Assembly: GCA_036394995.1 (NCBI GenBank)
Contig: DASWED010000111.1
Coordinates: forward strand, 72,330 to 136,329
DNA from: Actinomycetota bacterium
GTDB taxonomy: Bacteria; Actinomycetota; UBA4738; JACQTL01
Direction of reading: 5' to 3'
Length of the DNA: 64,000 nucleotides
Shown: positions 52,767 through 61,871 of the stretch, one piece after another
Layout: each line of letters starts with the position of its first letter
Position numbering within the stretch: the first letter of the stretch is position 1
The notes under the pieces: generated by a model
What the model was told of the DNA's origin: nothing
Database searches by the model: none
Seen by the model: only the letters and a program-made list of their open reading frames with translations
Program-made: the position numbers and the translations under genes

Positions 52767-53303
52767 ATGGAACCCGACCTCACGCCGCGGCGGGCCTCCG
52801 ATTCGGAGGTCGAGCTGGTGCAGCTCATGACGATCCTCGATGCGAACAACGTCGGGAACGTGCACGGCGGCTCGATCATGAAGCTGGTCGACACCGCCGC
52901 CGGACTGGCCGCCATCAAGCACTGCGGAGGGCTGGTCGTCACGGCCGCAATGGACGAGATGTCGTTCATCGAGCCGGTCTACGTGGGCGACCTCCTCACG
53001 ATCAAGGCCATGGTGAACGACGCCGGCCGGACGTCGATGGAGGTCGGCGTCCGGGTGGAAGCGGAGAACACGATCTCGGGTCGCAAGGTCCACACGTCGA
53101 GCGCGTACCTGGTGTTCGTGGCGCTCGACCCTGCCGGGAAGCCGCGGGCCGTGCCGCCGGTCCTGGCGGAATCCGAGGAGGAGCGGCAGCGCCAGCACGA
53201 GGCGAAGCTGCGTCGCGAGAACAGGCTGGCCCGGGCCTCGGCCATCAAGGCGGCCAGGGGCAACGAGATCCAGGAGACCAGGGAAGACCACCATCGGGGC
53301 TGA
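52767..53303 (+). CDS. acyl-CoA thioesterase (hotdog fold, YciA/ACOT-like)
   Basis: 178 aa from the ATG at 52767. ANNVGNVHGGSIMKLVDTAAG, VTAAMDEMSFIEPVYVGDLL, AYLVFVALD and a basic helical tail. Confidence 0.85.
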   Translation: MEPDLTPRRASDSEVELVQLMTILDANNVGNVHGGSIMKLVDTAAGLAAIKHCGGLVVTAAMDEMSFIEPVYVGDLLTIKAMVNDAGRTSMEVGVRVEAENTISGRKVHTSSAYLVFVALDPAGKPRAVPPVLAESEEERQRQHEAKLRRENRLARASAIKAARGNEIQETREDHHRG

Positions 53304-53531
53304 GCCCCGAACCGGATCCCGGGCAAGCTCCAGCGGACGGGATCCACTGGAGCGGAACCCCCCGGGTGGTAAACCCCGGCCGGATGACCCCCCTCTGGCA
53401 GACAGCTCTGGACCATCCCGCCGGGGTCCCGCGGGCAACCACCCGGAGTCACTTCGCAGCCCCCGAGGGGTCGGATCACCGGATCCGGCGAAGATTCCGC
53501 CATGCCCGAGGCACCCGCCGGGCGGCGGCGC

Positions 53532-54287
53532 TCAGGCCTGGATCGGGGCCGTGAAGATGATGTCGGTGGTGGGCTGGCCGGTCGGAGATCCTCCGGCCTG
53601 CTCGAGGGTCACGGCCATGGCCGCCGACGACGAGACGTCGGCCGGCACCTGCACCACCACCAGCGAATCGCCGCCCGGCGTGGTGAACGTCGGCATGGGG
53701 ACGGGCTTGCCGCCCGGCGGGACCAGCCACAGCTCGTAGGCCTTGCCCGAGGGCGTCGGGTTCAGCTGGGAGCCGAACACGTAGGCCCGGTCGGTCCCCG
53801 GCCGGTACGCCACGAGGAGGTTGCCCGTGCCCGAGCCCTCGAACGGCACCACGTGGGCGTCGCTGTGGGCCAGGTACGAGGCGAGCTGCTGGGCCTGCGA
53901 CGGGCCGCCCGAGCTCCCCACCAGGATGCCGCCGCCGAACGCGCCGGCCACGAGGACGATCGCCGCGGCCACGGCGGCCACCCACCGGGTCATCCGGGGG
54001 CGCCGGCCGGTGGCGCGCCGCCGCGGCTCGGAGGGCCGTTCGGGCGCCAGGAGAGCTCGCTCCAGGATCTCGTCCGCCATGCCCTCCCGCACCGCGACCG
54101 GCGAGAGCGCGAAGGCCAGTCGCCCGGCGATCTCGTCGAACTCGAGCTCGGCCCGCGCGCAGATCTCGCAGTCCACGCCGTGGTCGGCGCGCATGCGGTC
54201 GAGCTGGGCCACCTCGCGCGGCTCCAGGCCCCCCAGGGCCCGGACCGCCAGCAGCTCCTCGATCCGCTCGTGCTCGCTCGTACTCAT
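53532..54287 (-). CDS. anti-sigma factor, zf-HC2 plus RskA-type extracytoplasmic domain
   Basis: HxxxCxxC-type N-terminus (RADHGVDCEICARA), TM WVAAVAAAIVLVAGAFGGGILV and the C-terminal RskA pattern YELWLVPPGGKPVPMPTF...MAVTLE. The ATG at 54287 overlaps the sigma stop (ATGA). Confidence 0.8.
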   Translation of the reverse strand: MSTSEHERIEELLAVRALGGLEPREVAQLDRMRADHGVDCEICARAELEFDEIAGRLAFALSPVAVREGMADEILERALLAPERPSEPRRRATGRRPRMTRWVAAVAAAIVLVAGAFGGGILVGSSGGPSQAQQLASYLAHSDAHVVPFEGSGTGNLLVAYRPGTDRAYVFGSQLNPTPSGKAYELWLVPPGGKPVPMPTFTTPGGDSLVVVQVPADVSSSAAMAVTLEQAGGSPTGQPTTDIIFTAPIQA

Positions 54288-54919
54288 GACCTCATCCATC
54301 CCAGCGCGGCGCGCATGCGCCGCATCGCGAGCAGGGTCCTCGACTTCACCGTTCCCAGCGGGAGTCCCAGCGACTCGGCGATGCGCGACTGCGACATCCC
54401 CCCGAAGTACATCAGCTCGATGACCTGCCGCTGCTCCGCCGGCAGGTCATCCATGGCCCTGCGAACTGCCTCCCGCTCCTGGGGGAGCCCGATCTCGTCC
54501 ACCACCAGGTCCGCCGGGTCGTCGCCGTCGACGTCCATGTCGCCCACGGCCTCCTCCGCCCGGCGCCGCTGGGCCTCCTCCCGCCGCACCTGGTCGACCG
54601 CCCGGTGGTGCACGGTGGACATCAGCCACGCGCGAACGGACCCCCGGTCGGCGTCGTACCCGCGCGGGTTCCGCCACACCGACAGGAAGGCCTCCTGCAC
54701 CGTCTCCTCGGCCAGGGCCGGCTGCCGGAGGATGCGCTGGGCCACCGCCATCGCCGAAGCCGCGTACCGCCGGAACAGCCGCCGGAACGCCTCGCGGTCC
54801 CCGGACCCGATCCGCTTCATCAGGTCCCGGTCCCTGGCGTCGCCGAGATCCACCGGCTTCAACACCGGCTCCCAGGTGTGCGCGTGGGGGGATTCGGCCA
54901 CTTCCGTGGTGCAGGACAC
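54284..54919 (-). CDS. ECF sigma factor (SigK-like)
   Basis: DRDLMKRIGSGDREAFRRLFRRY, EETVQEAFLSVWRNPRGYD, VRAWLMSTVHHRAVDQVRRE and region 4 LPAEQRQVIELMYFGGMSQSRIAESLGLPLGTVKSR. The true start may be the internal Met (MKRIG). Confidence 0.85.
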   Translation of the reverse strand: MSCTTEVAESPHAHTWEPVLKPVDLGDARDRDLMKRIGSGDREAFRRLFRRYAASAMAVAQRILRQPALAEETVQEAFLSVWRNPRGYDADRGSVRAWLMSTVHHRAVDQVRREEAQRRRAEEAVGDMDVDGDDPADLVVDEIGLPQEREAVRRAMDDLPAEQRQVIELMYFGGMSQSRIAESLGLPLGTVKSRTLLAMRRMRAALGWMRS

Positions 54920-55049
54920 GACGCTCCGATCGAAGGAAGTCCGAACGTGATTCGGAGCGGCCGCCGCCCCGGATCACGGCTCGCGAATGGGAACGGTCGC
55001 ATCGCGCATACCCTAGCGGGAGCAACATCGCGATCCCAGGGGGTTCGGG

Positions 55050-57017
55050 TCAGTTCGATCCGGGGGCCGAGCCCTCGGGAATCCCCGCCCGGATCCCCTC
55101 GATGGCGCTGGGGTTCTCCAGGCTGGAGAGGTCGCCGGGGTCGGTGTGGAGGACCGTGGCCCGGATGGCCCGGCGCAGGATCTTGGCCGAACGGGTCCGG
55201 GGGAGCTCGTCGACGAACACGATCCGGTCCGGCTTGAACGACTTGCCGAGCCGGCCGGCCACGGTCGCCTTCAGCGCCGCGGCCAGCTCGTCGTTCCGCT
55301 CCCAGCCGGGCTTCGTCACGACGAAGCACCACACGGATTCGCCCTTCACGTCGTGGGGGACCCCGATCGCGGCCGACTCCGCCACCGACGGGTGCTCGAT
55401 GAGCGCGCTCTCCACCTCGGCCGGACCGAGGCGCTTGCCGGCGACGTTCATGGTGTCGTCCGAACGGCCGTGCAGGAACCAGAAGCCGTCGTCGTCGATG
55501 GTCGCCCAGTCGCCGTGGACCCACACGTCCGGCCACCGGCTCCAGTAGGTGTCGAGGTACCGCTGGGGGTCGCCCCACACGCCCCGGGTCATCGCCGGCC
55601 AGGGCTTCGTGCACACCAGCTCGCCGACCTCGCCCGGCGCCACCGGCCTCCCGTCCGGCCCCCACACGTCGACGGCCATCCCGAGGGACGGCCCCCGGAG
55701 CGTGGAGGGCTTCAGCGACGTGATCGGCAGGGGCGACAGGAAGCACGCCCCCACCTCCGTGCCGCCGGAGATGTTGATGATCGGACACCGTCCCCCGCCG
55801 ACCTCGTTCAGGAACCACATGTAGGGCTCGGGGTTCCAGGGCTCTCCGGTGGAGCCCAGGACCCGGAGGCACGACAGGTCGTGTGAGCGGACGTGCTCCT
55901 CGCCGGCCGGGATCAGGGCCCGGATCAGCGTGGGGGAGATGCCCAGCGTGCTGATGCGATGGCGCTCCACCATGTCCCAGATCCGGTCCGGTCCCGGGTG
56001 GTTCGGCGCGCCCTCGTACAGGAACACGGTGGCGCCGAGCGCGCCGGCTCCGACGATCTCCCAGGCCCCCATGATCCAGCCGAGGTCGCTCACCCAGAAC
56101 AGCGTCTCGTCCGGATGGAGGTCCGTCTGGTAGGCGACCTCGGCGGAGATCTTCACCAGGAACCCGCCGTGCACGTGGACCGAGCCCTTCGGCCGCCCGG
56201 TGGTCCCGCTGGTGTACGCGATCATGAGCGGGTGCTCGGGGTCGAGCCGCTCCGTCTCGAACCCGGGGAGCTGCCGTTGCAGGAGCTCGTCCCAGTCACG
56301 GTCGCGGGATTCGTCCCATGCGTGCTTCGGCGCCGCCTCACCCAGCCTCCTCCACACGATCCGGTGCTCGACGGACGGCGTCTCCGCGCACGCCTCGGCG
56401 GCGATCGACGCCATGTCCACGGCGGCGCCCCGCCGGAAGAACCCGTCGGCGGTGAACAGCACCTTCGCGCCGGCGTCCTGGAGGCGCTTCGCGACCGCGT
56501 CGGCGCCGAACCCGGAGAAGATCGGGAGGTACGGGGCACCGACCTTGGCGCAGGCCAACGTGGCGGCGACCGTCTCGGGGGCCATCGGCATGAAGATCCC
56601 GACGGTGTCGCCCTGGTTCACGCCCAGCTCCCGGAGCCCGTGCGCCGCGCGGTCGGACATCTCGCGGAGCTCGGCGTAGGTCACGGATCGCGTCGAGCCG
56701 TCCTCGCCCTCCCACAGGACGGCCACCTTGTCCGGGGTCCGTTCGGCCCACCGGTCCACGCAGTTGTGCGCGAGGTTCACCGTGCCCCCCCGGAACCACG
56801 TCGCCCAGGGGATGCCCTCGGAGGTGTCGAGCACCTTGGCGTAGGGCTCGAAGAACTCGATCCCGAGGTCGGTCACCACGGCGTCCCAGAACCACTCGAT
56901 GTCATCCTGGGACCGCCGGACCAGCTCCTCGTACGACCCGATGCCGTGGGCCCGCATGAACCTGGTCACGTTGGCCCGCTCCACGTAGTCGTCAGACGGA
57001 TTCCACACGATGTCCAT
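55050..57017 (-). CDS. AMP-forming acyl-CoA synthetase, acetyl/propionyl-CoA synthetase (Acs)-like
   Basis: WFRGGTVNLAHNCVDRW, SVTYAELRE, AYTSGTTGRPKG, ISGGTEVG, DDGFWFLHGRSDD and SAKILRR. Start set to the ATG at 57017 because the 57071 start would overlap the divergent LCP gene. Confidence 0.88.
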   Translation of the reverse strand: MDIVWNPSDDYVERANVTRFMRAHGIGSYEELVRRSQDDIEWFWDAVVTDLGIEFFEPYAKVLDTSEGIPWATWFRGGTVNLAHNCVDRWAERTPDKVAVLWEGEDGSTRSVTYAELREMSDRAAHGLRELGVNQGDTVGIFMPMAPETVAATLACAKVGAPYLPIFSGFGADAVAKRLQDAGAKVLFTADGFFRRGAAVDMASIAAEACAETPSVEHRIVWRRLGEAAPKHAWDESRDRDWDELLQRQLPGFETERLDPEHPLMIAYTSGTTGRPKGSVHVHGGFLVKISAEVAYQTDLHPDETLFWVSDLGWIMGAWEIVGAGALGATVFLYEGAPNHPGPDRIWDMVERHRISTLGISPTLIRALIPAGEEHVRSHDLSCLRVLGSTGEPWNPEPYMWFLNEVGGGRCPIINISGGTEVGACFLSPLPITSLKPSTLRGPSLGMAVDVWGPDGRPVAPGEVGELVCTKPWPAMTRGVWGDPQRYLDTYWSRWPDVWVHGDWATIDDDGFWFLHGRSDDTMNVAGKRLGPAEVESALIEHPSVAESAAIGVPHDVKGESVWCFVVTKPGWERNDELAAALKATVAGRLGKSFKPDRIVFVDELPRTRSAKILRRAIRATVLHTDPGDLSSLENPSAIEGIRAGIPEGSAPGSN

Positions 57018-57063
57018 GAGTCCGAGCCGATCCTCCAATGGCCGACCGATAGGCTGAACCGAC

Positions 57064-58521
57064 GTGGCCAAGCCTACGCAACCGCGACCCCCGCGGGCGG
57101 ACGACCCCGCCCCGGGACCCGGCGCGTCCGAACGTCACCGGCGCCGCTGGCCCATCTCGGTCTTCCTGGTGTTCACGATGGTGGCGTCCATCACCGTGGC
57201 GGCGGGCTCCGCGTACGGCATCTTCCTGTACGACCGCGCCGAGGGGGCGACCCCCCCGATCCCTGCGCCCACCGACCCCGCCCACAGGGACGACGCCGAC
57301 GCGGTCGTGCGGGAGGACACGGGCCCGTGCGCGAAGGGCGTCTGCAACTACATGATCCTCGGCAGCGACTCCCGCAAGGGACTCTCCCCCGGGGAGCAGT
57401 CGCAGTTCGGGTCCGAGATCACGCAGCCGGGGCGACGGTCGGACACGATCATGGTGGTGCACGTCGATCCGGCCGAGGAGCACGCCACCGTGCTGTCGTT
57501 CCCGCGCGATCTGTGGGTCAAGATCCCGCACCAGGGCTACGGGAGGATCACGTCAGCGTACGAAGCCGGCGAGTACCGGGTGGCGAACGTCATCCACCGC
57601 CTGACCGGCCTCCAGATCAACGGGTTCCTGACGGTCAACCTGGCCGGGTTCGAGGGCGTCGTCCGGGCGCTCGGCTCGGTGCCCATCTGCATCGCCTCGC
57701 CCCTGGTCGACCCCACGGGCTTCTCGGGACTCGATCTCCGCCACGCCGGGTGCTATGAGCTCGATCCCCAGCAGGCGCTGGCCTTCGTTCGCGCCCGGCA
57801 CATCTGCGATGAGGGCGGCTTCCCCGACTTCAACCGCATCGCCCGCCAGCAGCAGTTCCTGCGGGTCGTCCTGGCGAGGACGATGTCGGCCGGCGCGGTC
57901 TTCCACGCCAAGGCCATCATCGACGAGGTGCTCCCGAACATCCGGCGGAGCCCCTCGCTCGACGTCGCGGACATGTACTACCTCGTGGACAAGCTCCGGG
58001 GCCTCACCACGGGAGCCGTGGACTTCCGCGCCGTGCCCACCCAGCCGACCACCGCGGGTGCAGCGCAGGTCCTCGAGCTGCGACCGGAGGCCCGGCAGCT
58101 GTTCGAACGGCTTCGCACCGGAAAGCCGCTGGGAGATCTCGGGAAGGAGCAGCTGCTCACCCCACCGTCCCCCGCGGCCGTTCGCGTTCGCGTGTTGGAC
58201 CAGGGGTCCGGGGGTGCCGCCCGGAAGGTGAGCGAGTACCTGCTCCACTCGGGGTTCGACATCCAACCGCTGGGAACCGCTCCCGCATCCCTGGTCCAGG
58301 CAGGTCCCGGCATCTATTACGCGCCGGGGGCCGACCACGCGGCCGATGTCGTCCGGAAGTTCCTTCCCCCGCTCCATCTCCAGCCGGCGCCGTCCGGGAC
58401 GGTCGGGGAGGTCGACGTGGCGGTCGTGATCGACTCCGCATACAACGGGCCCGGCGTGGTGACGCCGACACCCGAGCCGTCCCCCACGGGGGAAGGCGCT
58501 TCGACTCCGACCTGTCCGTAG
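57064..58521 (+). CDS. LytR-CpsA-Psr (LCP) family cell-wall glycopolymer ligase with LytR_C domain
   Basis: Cytoplasmic Arg-rich N-terminus, TM WPISVFLVFTMVASITVAAG, ILGSDSR, RSDTIMVVHVDP, SFPRDLWV, FLTVNLAGFEGVV, ALAFVRARH and RIARQQQFL. Confidence 0.85.
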   Translation: MAKPTQPRPPRADDPAPGPGASERHRRRWPISVFLVFTMVASITVAAGSAYGIFLYDRAEGATPPIPAPTDPAHRDDADAVVREDTGPCAKGVCNYMILGSDSRKGLSPGEQSQFGSEITQPGRRSDTIMVVHVDPAEEHATVLSFPRDLWVKIPHQGYGRITSAYEAGEYRVANVIHRLTGLQINGFLTVNLAGFEGVVRALGSVPICIASPLVDPTGFSGLDLRHAGCYELDPQQALAFVRARHICDEGGFPDFNRIARQQQFLRVVLARTMSAGAVFHAKAIIDEVLPNIRRSPSLDVADMYYLVDKLRGLTTGAVDFRAVPTQPTTAGAAQVLELRPEARQLFERLRTGKPLGDLGKEQLLTPPSPAAVRVRVLDQGSGGAARKVSEYLLHSGFDIQPLGTAPASLVQAGPGIYYAPGADHAADVVRKFLPPLHLQPAPSGTVGEVDVAVVIDSAYNGPGVVTPTPEPSPTGEGASTPTCP

Positions 58522-58564
58522 CGCCCGGGTGCGATCGGGGTCCGACCTGTACGCTTGCCTCAGT

Positions 58565-60046
58565 TTGGCCACCACCACCGAGCCACGACCACTGCAGGCG
58601 AACGACCCTGCCCCGAGACCGGCCGCGCCCTCCAGACGGCGCCGCCGCTGGCCCATCGCGATCTTCCTCGTCATCACGATGCTGGCCTCGCTCGGCGTGG
58701 CCGCCGGCTCCGCGTACGGGATCTTCCTGTACAAGAAGGCAGACAACACCCTCCGCAGGTGGCAGCAGCCCCGGGATGGGGGGCCGGGCGGCGGGGTCCT
58801 TCCGACGCCGATCCCGACCGGCGTCGTGACCGGCGACTGCGAGGAGACGTGCACCTACATGGTGCTGGGCAGCGACTCCAGGGCGGGCCTGTCGAAGGAG
58901 CAGCAGGAGCTGTGGGGATCGCCGGACGACCCGCGGGTCGCGGGTCGGCGGTCGGACACCATCCTGGTGATGCGACTCGACCCGCGGCAGCAGAAGGCCA
59001 TCGTGCTGTCGTTCCCGCGCGATCTCTGGGTGCGCGTCCCCGGGCACGGAATGGGCAAGATCACGTCGGCGTTCGAGGACGGTCCCTACCGGACCGCGGA
59101 GGTGATCAGGAACCTGACGGGCATCAAGGTCGACCACTTCATCGTGGTGAACCTGGCCGGGTTCCAGCATGTGGTCGAGGCCATCGGCGGGGTCCCCATC
59201 TGCATCGACCGACCGCTGATCGACACCGAGTTCACGGGCCTGAACCTCCCGCGCGCCGGCTGCTACAACCTGGATCCGGTCCAGGCCCTGGCGTTCGTGC
59301 GGGCGCGCCACGTCGAGTGCGAGAGCGGCCCCCCGGATTTCAACCGGATCGCGCGCCAGCAGCAGTTCCTTCGCGCCGTGCTGGTGAGATCCCTCCAGCC
59401 CTCGATGGTCGTGCGCGCCGAGGCGATCATCTCGGCGGTCCTCAGCAACATCTTCGTGGACCCGAAGCTGGCGGACAAGGGCCTCCCGGAGCTCATGTAC
59501 CTGGTGAAGAAGCTCCAGGGGATCAACACCGGCGCCGTGGACTTCCGCTCGGTGCCCGGGAACCCCTTCGCGACGGTCGAGACGCCGGAGGGCACGAAGG
59601 ACGTCGTCACGCTCCTGCCCGAGGCCAAGGAGCTGTTCAAGCGGATCCGGCAGGGAAAGCCGCTGGGCAGCCTGGGTCTCTCCGGGCAGAACTCGCCCCC
59701 CTCACCCGCGGTGGTCAGGGTGGGTGTCGTGGACAGCGCCTCGAACGGGATCGCCCAGCGGGTCTACGACTACCTGAAGGAGTCCGCATTCGACATCCAG
59801 CCGCTGACCACGTCGAACCCGTATGGCGTCTCCGGCCCGACCATCCTCTTCGCGCGATCGCCTCAGGGGAAGGCCGCGGCGGACGTGGTCCACGGGTTCC
59901 TGGGGTCCGTCCCGGAGCAGCCGGCGCCGCCCGGGACGATGAATGGCCTCGACGTCGCGGTCGTCGTCCCCAGCACGTACGGGGGGCAGCCGATCTCGTC
60001 GCCGGCGCCACCGGGGTCCGGGGGCGGGACCTCATCGTGCGGATGA
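58565..60046 (+). CDS. second, tandem LCP family ligase with LytR_C domain
   Basis: Same motif series as the upstream paralog: VLGSDSR, RSDTILVMRLDP, SFPRDLWV, FIVVNLAGFQHVV, ALAFVRARH and RIARQQQFL. Start set at the TTG at 58565, where the N-terminus (LATTTEPRPLQANDPAPRP) aligns with the paralog start (VAKPTQPRPPRADDPAPGP). Confidence 0.85.
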   Translation: MATTTEPRPLQANDPAPRPAAPSRRRRRWPIAIFLVITMLASLGVAAGSAYGIFLYKKADNTLRRWQQPRDGGPGGGVLPTPIPTGVVTGDCEETCTYMVLGSDSRAGLSKEQQELWGSPDDPRVAGRRSDTILVMRLDPRQQKAIVLSFPRDLWVRVPGHGMGKITSAFEDGPYRTAEVIRNLTGIKVDHFIVVNLAGFQHVVEAIGGVPICIDRPLIDTEFTGLNLPRAGCYNLDPVQALAFVRARHVECESGPPDFNRIARQQQFLRAVLVRSLQPSMVVRAEAIISAVLSNIFVDPKLADKGLPELMYLVKKLQGINTGAVDFRSVPGNPFATVETPEGTKDVVTLLPEAKELFKRIRQGKPLGSLGLSGQNSPPSPAVVRVGVVDSASNGIAQRVYDYLKESAFDIQPLTTSNPYGVSGPTILFARSPQGKAAADVVHGFLGSVPEQPAPPGTMNGLDVAVVVPSTYGGQPISSPAPPGSGGGTSSCG

Positions 60047-60058
60047 GCGGATGATCAG

Positions 60059-61117
60059 GTGAAGGCGCTGGTCCTCTCGGGAGGGGAGGGGTCCCGCCTC
60101 CGGCCGATCACCCACACGAACGCGAAGCAGCTCATCCCCATCGCGAACACGCCGATCCTGTTCCACGCCCTGCAGGCCATCGCCGACGCCGGGATTCGGG
60201 AGGTCGGGATCGTGGTGGGGCACACCGCGGAGGAGGTCAGGGGCGCGGTCGGGGACGGTTCGGCCTGGGGGCTGGCCGTCACCTACATCCCGCAGGAGGC
60301 GCCGCTCGGTCTGGCCCACGCCGTCCTCACGGCGGAGGGCTACCTGGGCGACGACCCCTTCGTGATGTACCTGGGGGACAACGTGCTCCTCGAGGGCCTC
60401 AAGGGGTTCGTTGAGGAGTTCGAACGCCACCACCCGGCCGCGCAGATCTTCCTGGCGAAGGTCCCCGAGCCGGAGCGGTTCGGCGTGGCCGTCCTCGACG
60501 GCGACCGCGTCACCAGGCTGGTGGAGAAGCCGCAGGAGCACATCTCGGACCTGGCGCTGGTCGGCGTGTACCTGTTCGACCGTTCGATCGTGGACGCGGC
60601 CAGGACCCTCCAGCCTTCGTGGCGCGGCGAGCTCGAGATCACCGACGCCATCCAGCGCCTCATCGACGACGGACGGCCCGTCCGGGCCGCGATGGTGAAC
60701 GGGTGGTGGAAGGACACCGGACGGCCCGAGGACCTGCTCGAGGCGAACCGGATGATGCTCCAGCAGCTCGAGCCCCGCGTGGACGGCGACGTCGACTCCG
60801 ACTCGAGCCTCACCGGCATCGTGGTGGTGGAGCGGGGCGCGAAGGTCATCCGCTCGGAGATCCGGGGCCCGGCGATCGTCGGGGAGGGCTCGGTGGTGGA
60901 GGACTCCGTGGTCGGTCCCCACGCCTCGATCTCCTACAGCTGTGTCGTGCGCGGGTCGGGGGTGCAGGACTCGATCGTGATGGAGCAGTGCACGATCGTC
61001 GACGTGAGGAGCATGGCGGGCTCCATCCTGGGCAAGGAGGTCGAGGTCCGCCGGGGCTCGGAGGCCGGTGCCCTCCGGCTGATCGTGGGCGACCACGGCC
61101 GGGTCCAGATCACCTGA
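60059..61117 (+). CDS. sugar-1-phosphate nucleotidyltransferase, long-form glucose-1-phosphate thymidylyltransferase-like with C-terminal left-handed beta-helix
   Basis: MKALVLSGGEGSRLRPITHTNAKQLIPIANTPIL, YLGDN, EKPQEH and GVYLF, then hexapeptide-repeat-like C-terminal ~100 aa. Confidence 0.88.
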   Translation: MKALVLSGGEGSRLRPITHTNAKQLIPIANTPILFHALQAIADAGIREVGIVVGHTAEEVRGAVGDGSAWGLAVTYIPQEAPLGLAHAVLTAEGYLGDDPFVMYLGDNVLLEGLKGFVEEFERHHPAAQIFLAKVPEPERFGVAVLDGDRVTRLVEKPQEHISDLALVGVYLFDRSIVDAARTLQPSWRGELEITDAIQRLIDDGRPVRAAMVNGWWKDTGRPEDLLEANRMMLQQLEPRVDGDVDSDSSLTGIVVVERGAKVIRSEIRGPAIVGEGSVVEDSVVGPHASISYSCVVRGSGVQDSIVMEQCTIVDVRSMAGSILGKEVEVRRGSEAGALRLIVGDHGRVQIT

Positions 61118-61168
61118 GCCGCCAACACCCTTCCCCGCGGCGCCCGCCGGCCGTATCCTCGAACCGAG

Positions 61169-61858
61169 GTGTTCGAGCGCTTCACGGAACGGGCCCGCAG
61201 GGTCGTGGTCCTCGCCCAGACCGAGGCGAGGGTGCTCAACCACACGTACATCGGGACGGAGCACCTCCTGCTCGGCCTCATCCACGACGGCGAGGGGGTG
61301 GCGGCGAACGCCCTCGAGTCGCTGGGCGTGGAGCTGGTCGCCGTGCGGGAGATGGTCCTGGAGATGGTGGGACAGGGCGACAACCCCCCGACCGGCCACA
61401 TCCCGTTCACGCCGCACGCCAAGAAGGTGCTCGAGATGTCGCTGCGGGAGGCGCTCGAGATGGGCCACCGCTACATCGGGACCGAACACATCCTCCTGGG
61501 CCTGGTCCGGGAGGGGGAGGGCGTCGCCGCGCAGGTGCTCCGCAAGCAGGGGGTGGGCCTGAAGCCGGTTCGCGCCAAGGTCGCCGAGCTCCTCGCGGCC
61601 GGCCAGGGCGACCCGGAGGGAGAGCCGCACGTTCGCCTGCGCCCGGAACGGCTCGCCGCGGCGGCTCGGCCGTCGCCCGATGTCCCCGAGCTGCCCCCCA
61701 CCTGCCCGACGTGCCGCGCGGACCTCACGGTGTCGGCCCGGTCCCGGTTCGGCACGGTCGCCGAACAGGGCGGCGAGCGGACGGCCGAGGTGATCTGGCT
61801 GTTCTGCGGGGCCTGCGGCCGGCTGCTCGCGGCGAAGCTCCCGGACGAGAAGGCCTGA
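61169..61858 (+). CDS. stand-alone ClpC-type N-terminal (double Clp_N repeat) domain fused to a C-terminal CxxC...CxxC zinc-ribbon
   Basis: MFERFTERARRVVVLAQTEARVLNHTYIGTEHLLLGLI and FTPHAKKVLEMSLREALEMGHRYIGTEHILLGLV are the two Clp_N repeats. No AAA+ module follows. The tail has CPTCRADL...CGACGRLL. Confidence 0.8.
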   Translation: MFERFTERARRVVVLAQTEARVLNHTYIGTEHLLLGLIHDGEGVAANALESLGVELVAVREMVLEMVGQGDNPPTGHIPFTPHAKKVLEMSLREALEMGHRYIGTEHILLGLVREGEGVAAQVLRKQGVGLKPVRAKVAELLAAGQGDPEGEPHVRLRPERLAAAARPSPDVPELPPTCPTCRADLTVSARSRFGTVAEQGGERTAEVIWLFCGACGRLLAAKLPDEKA

Positions 61859-61871
61859 GGAGACTCCGGGG

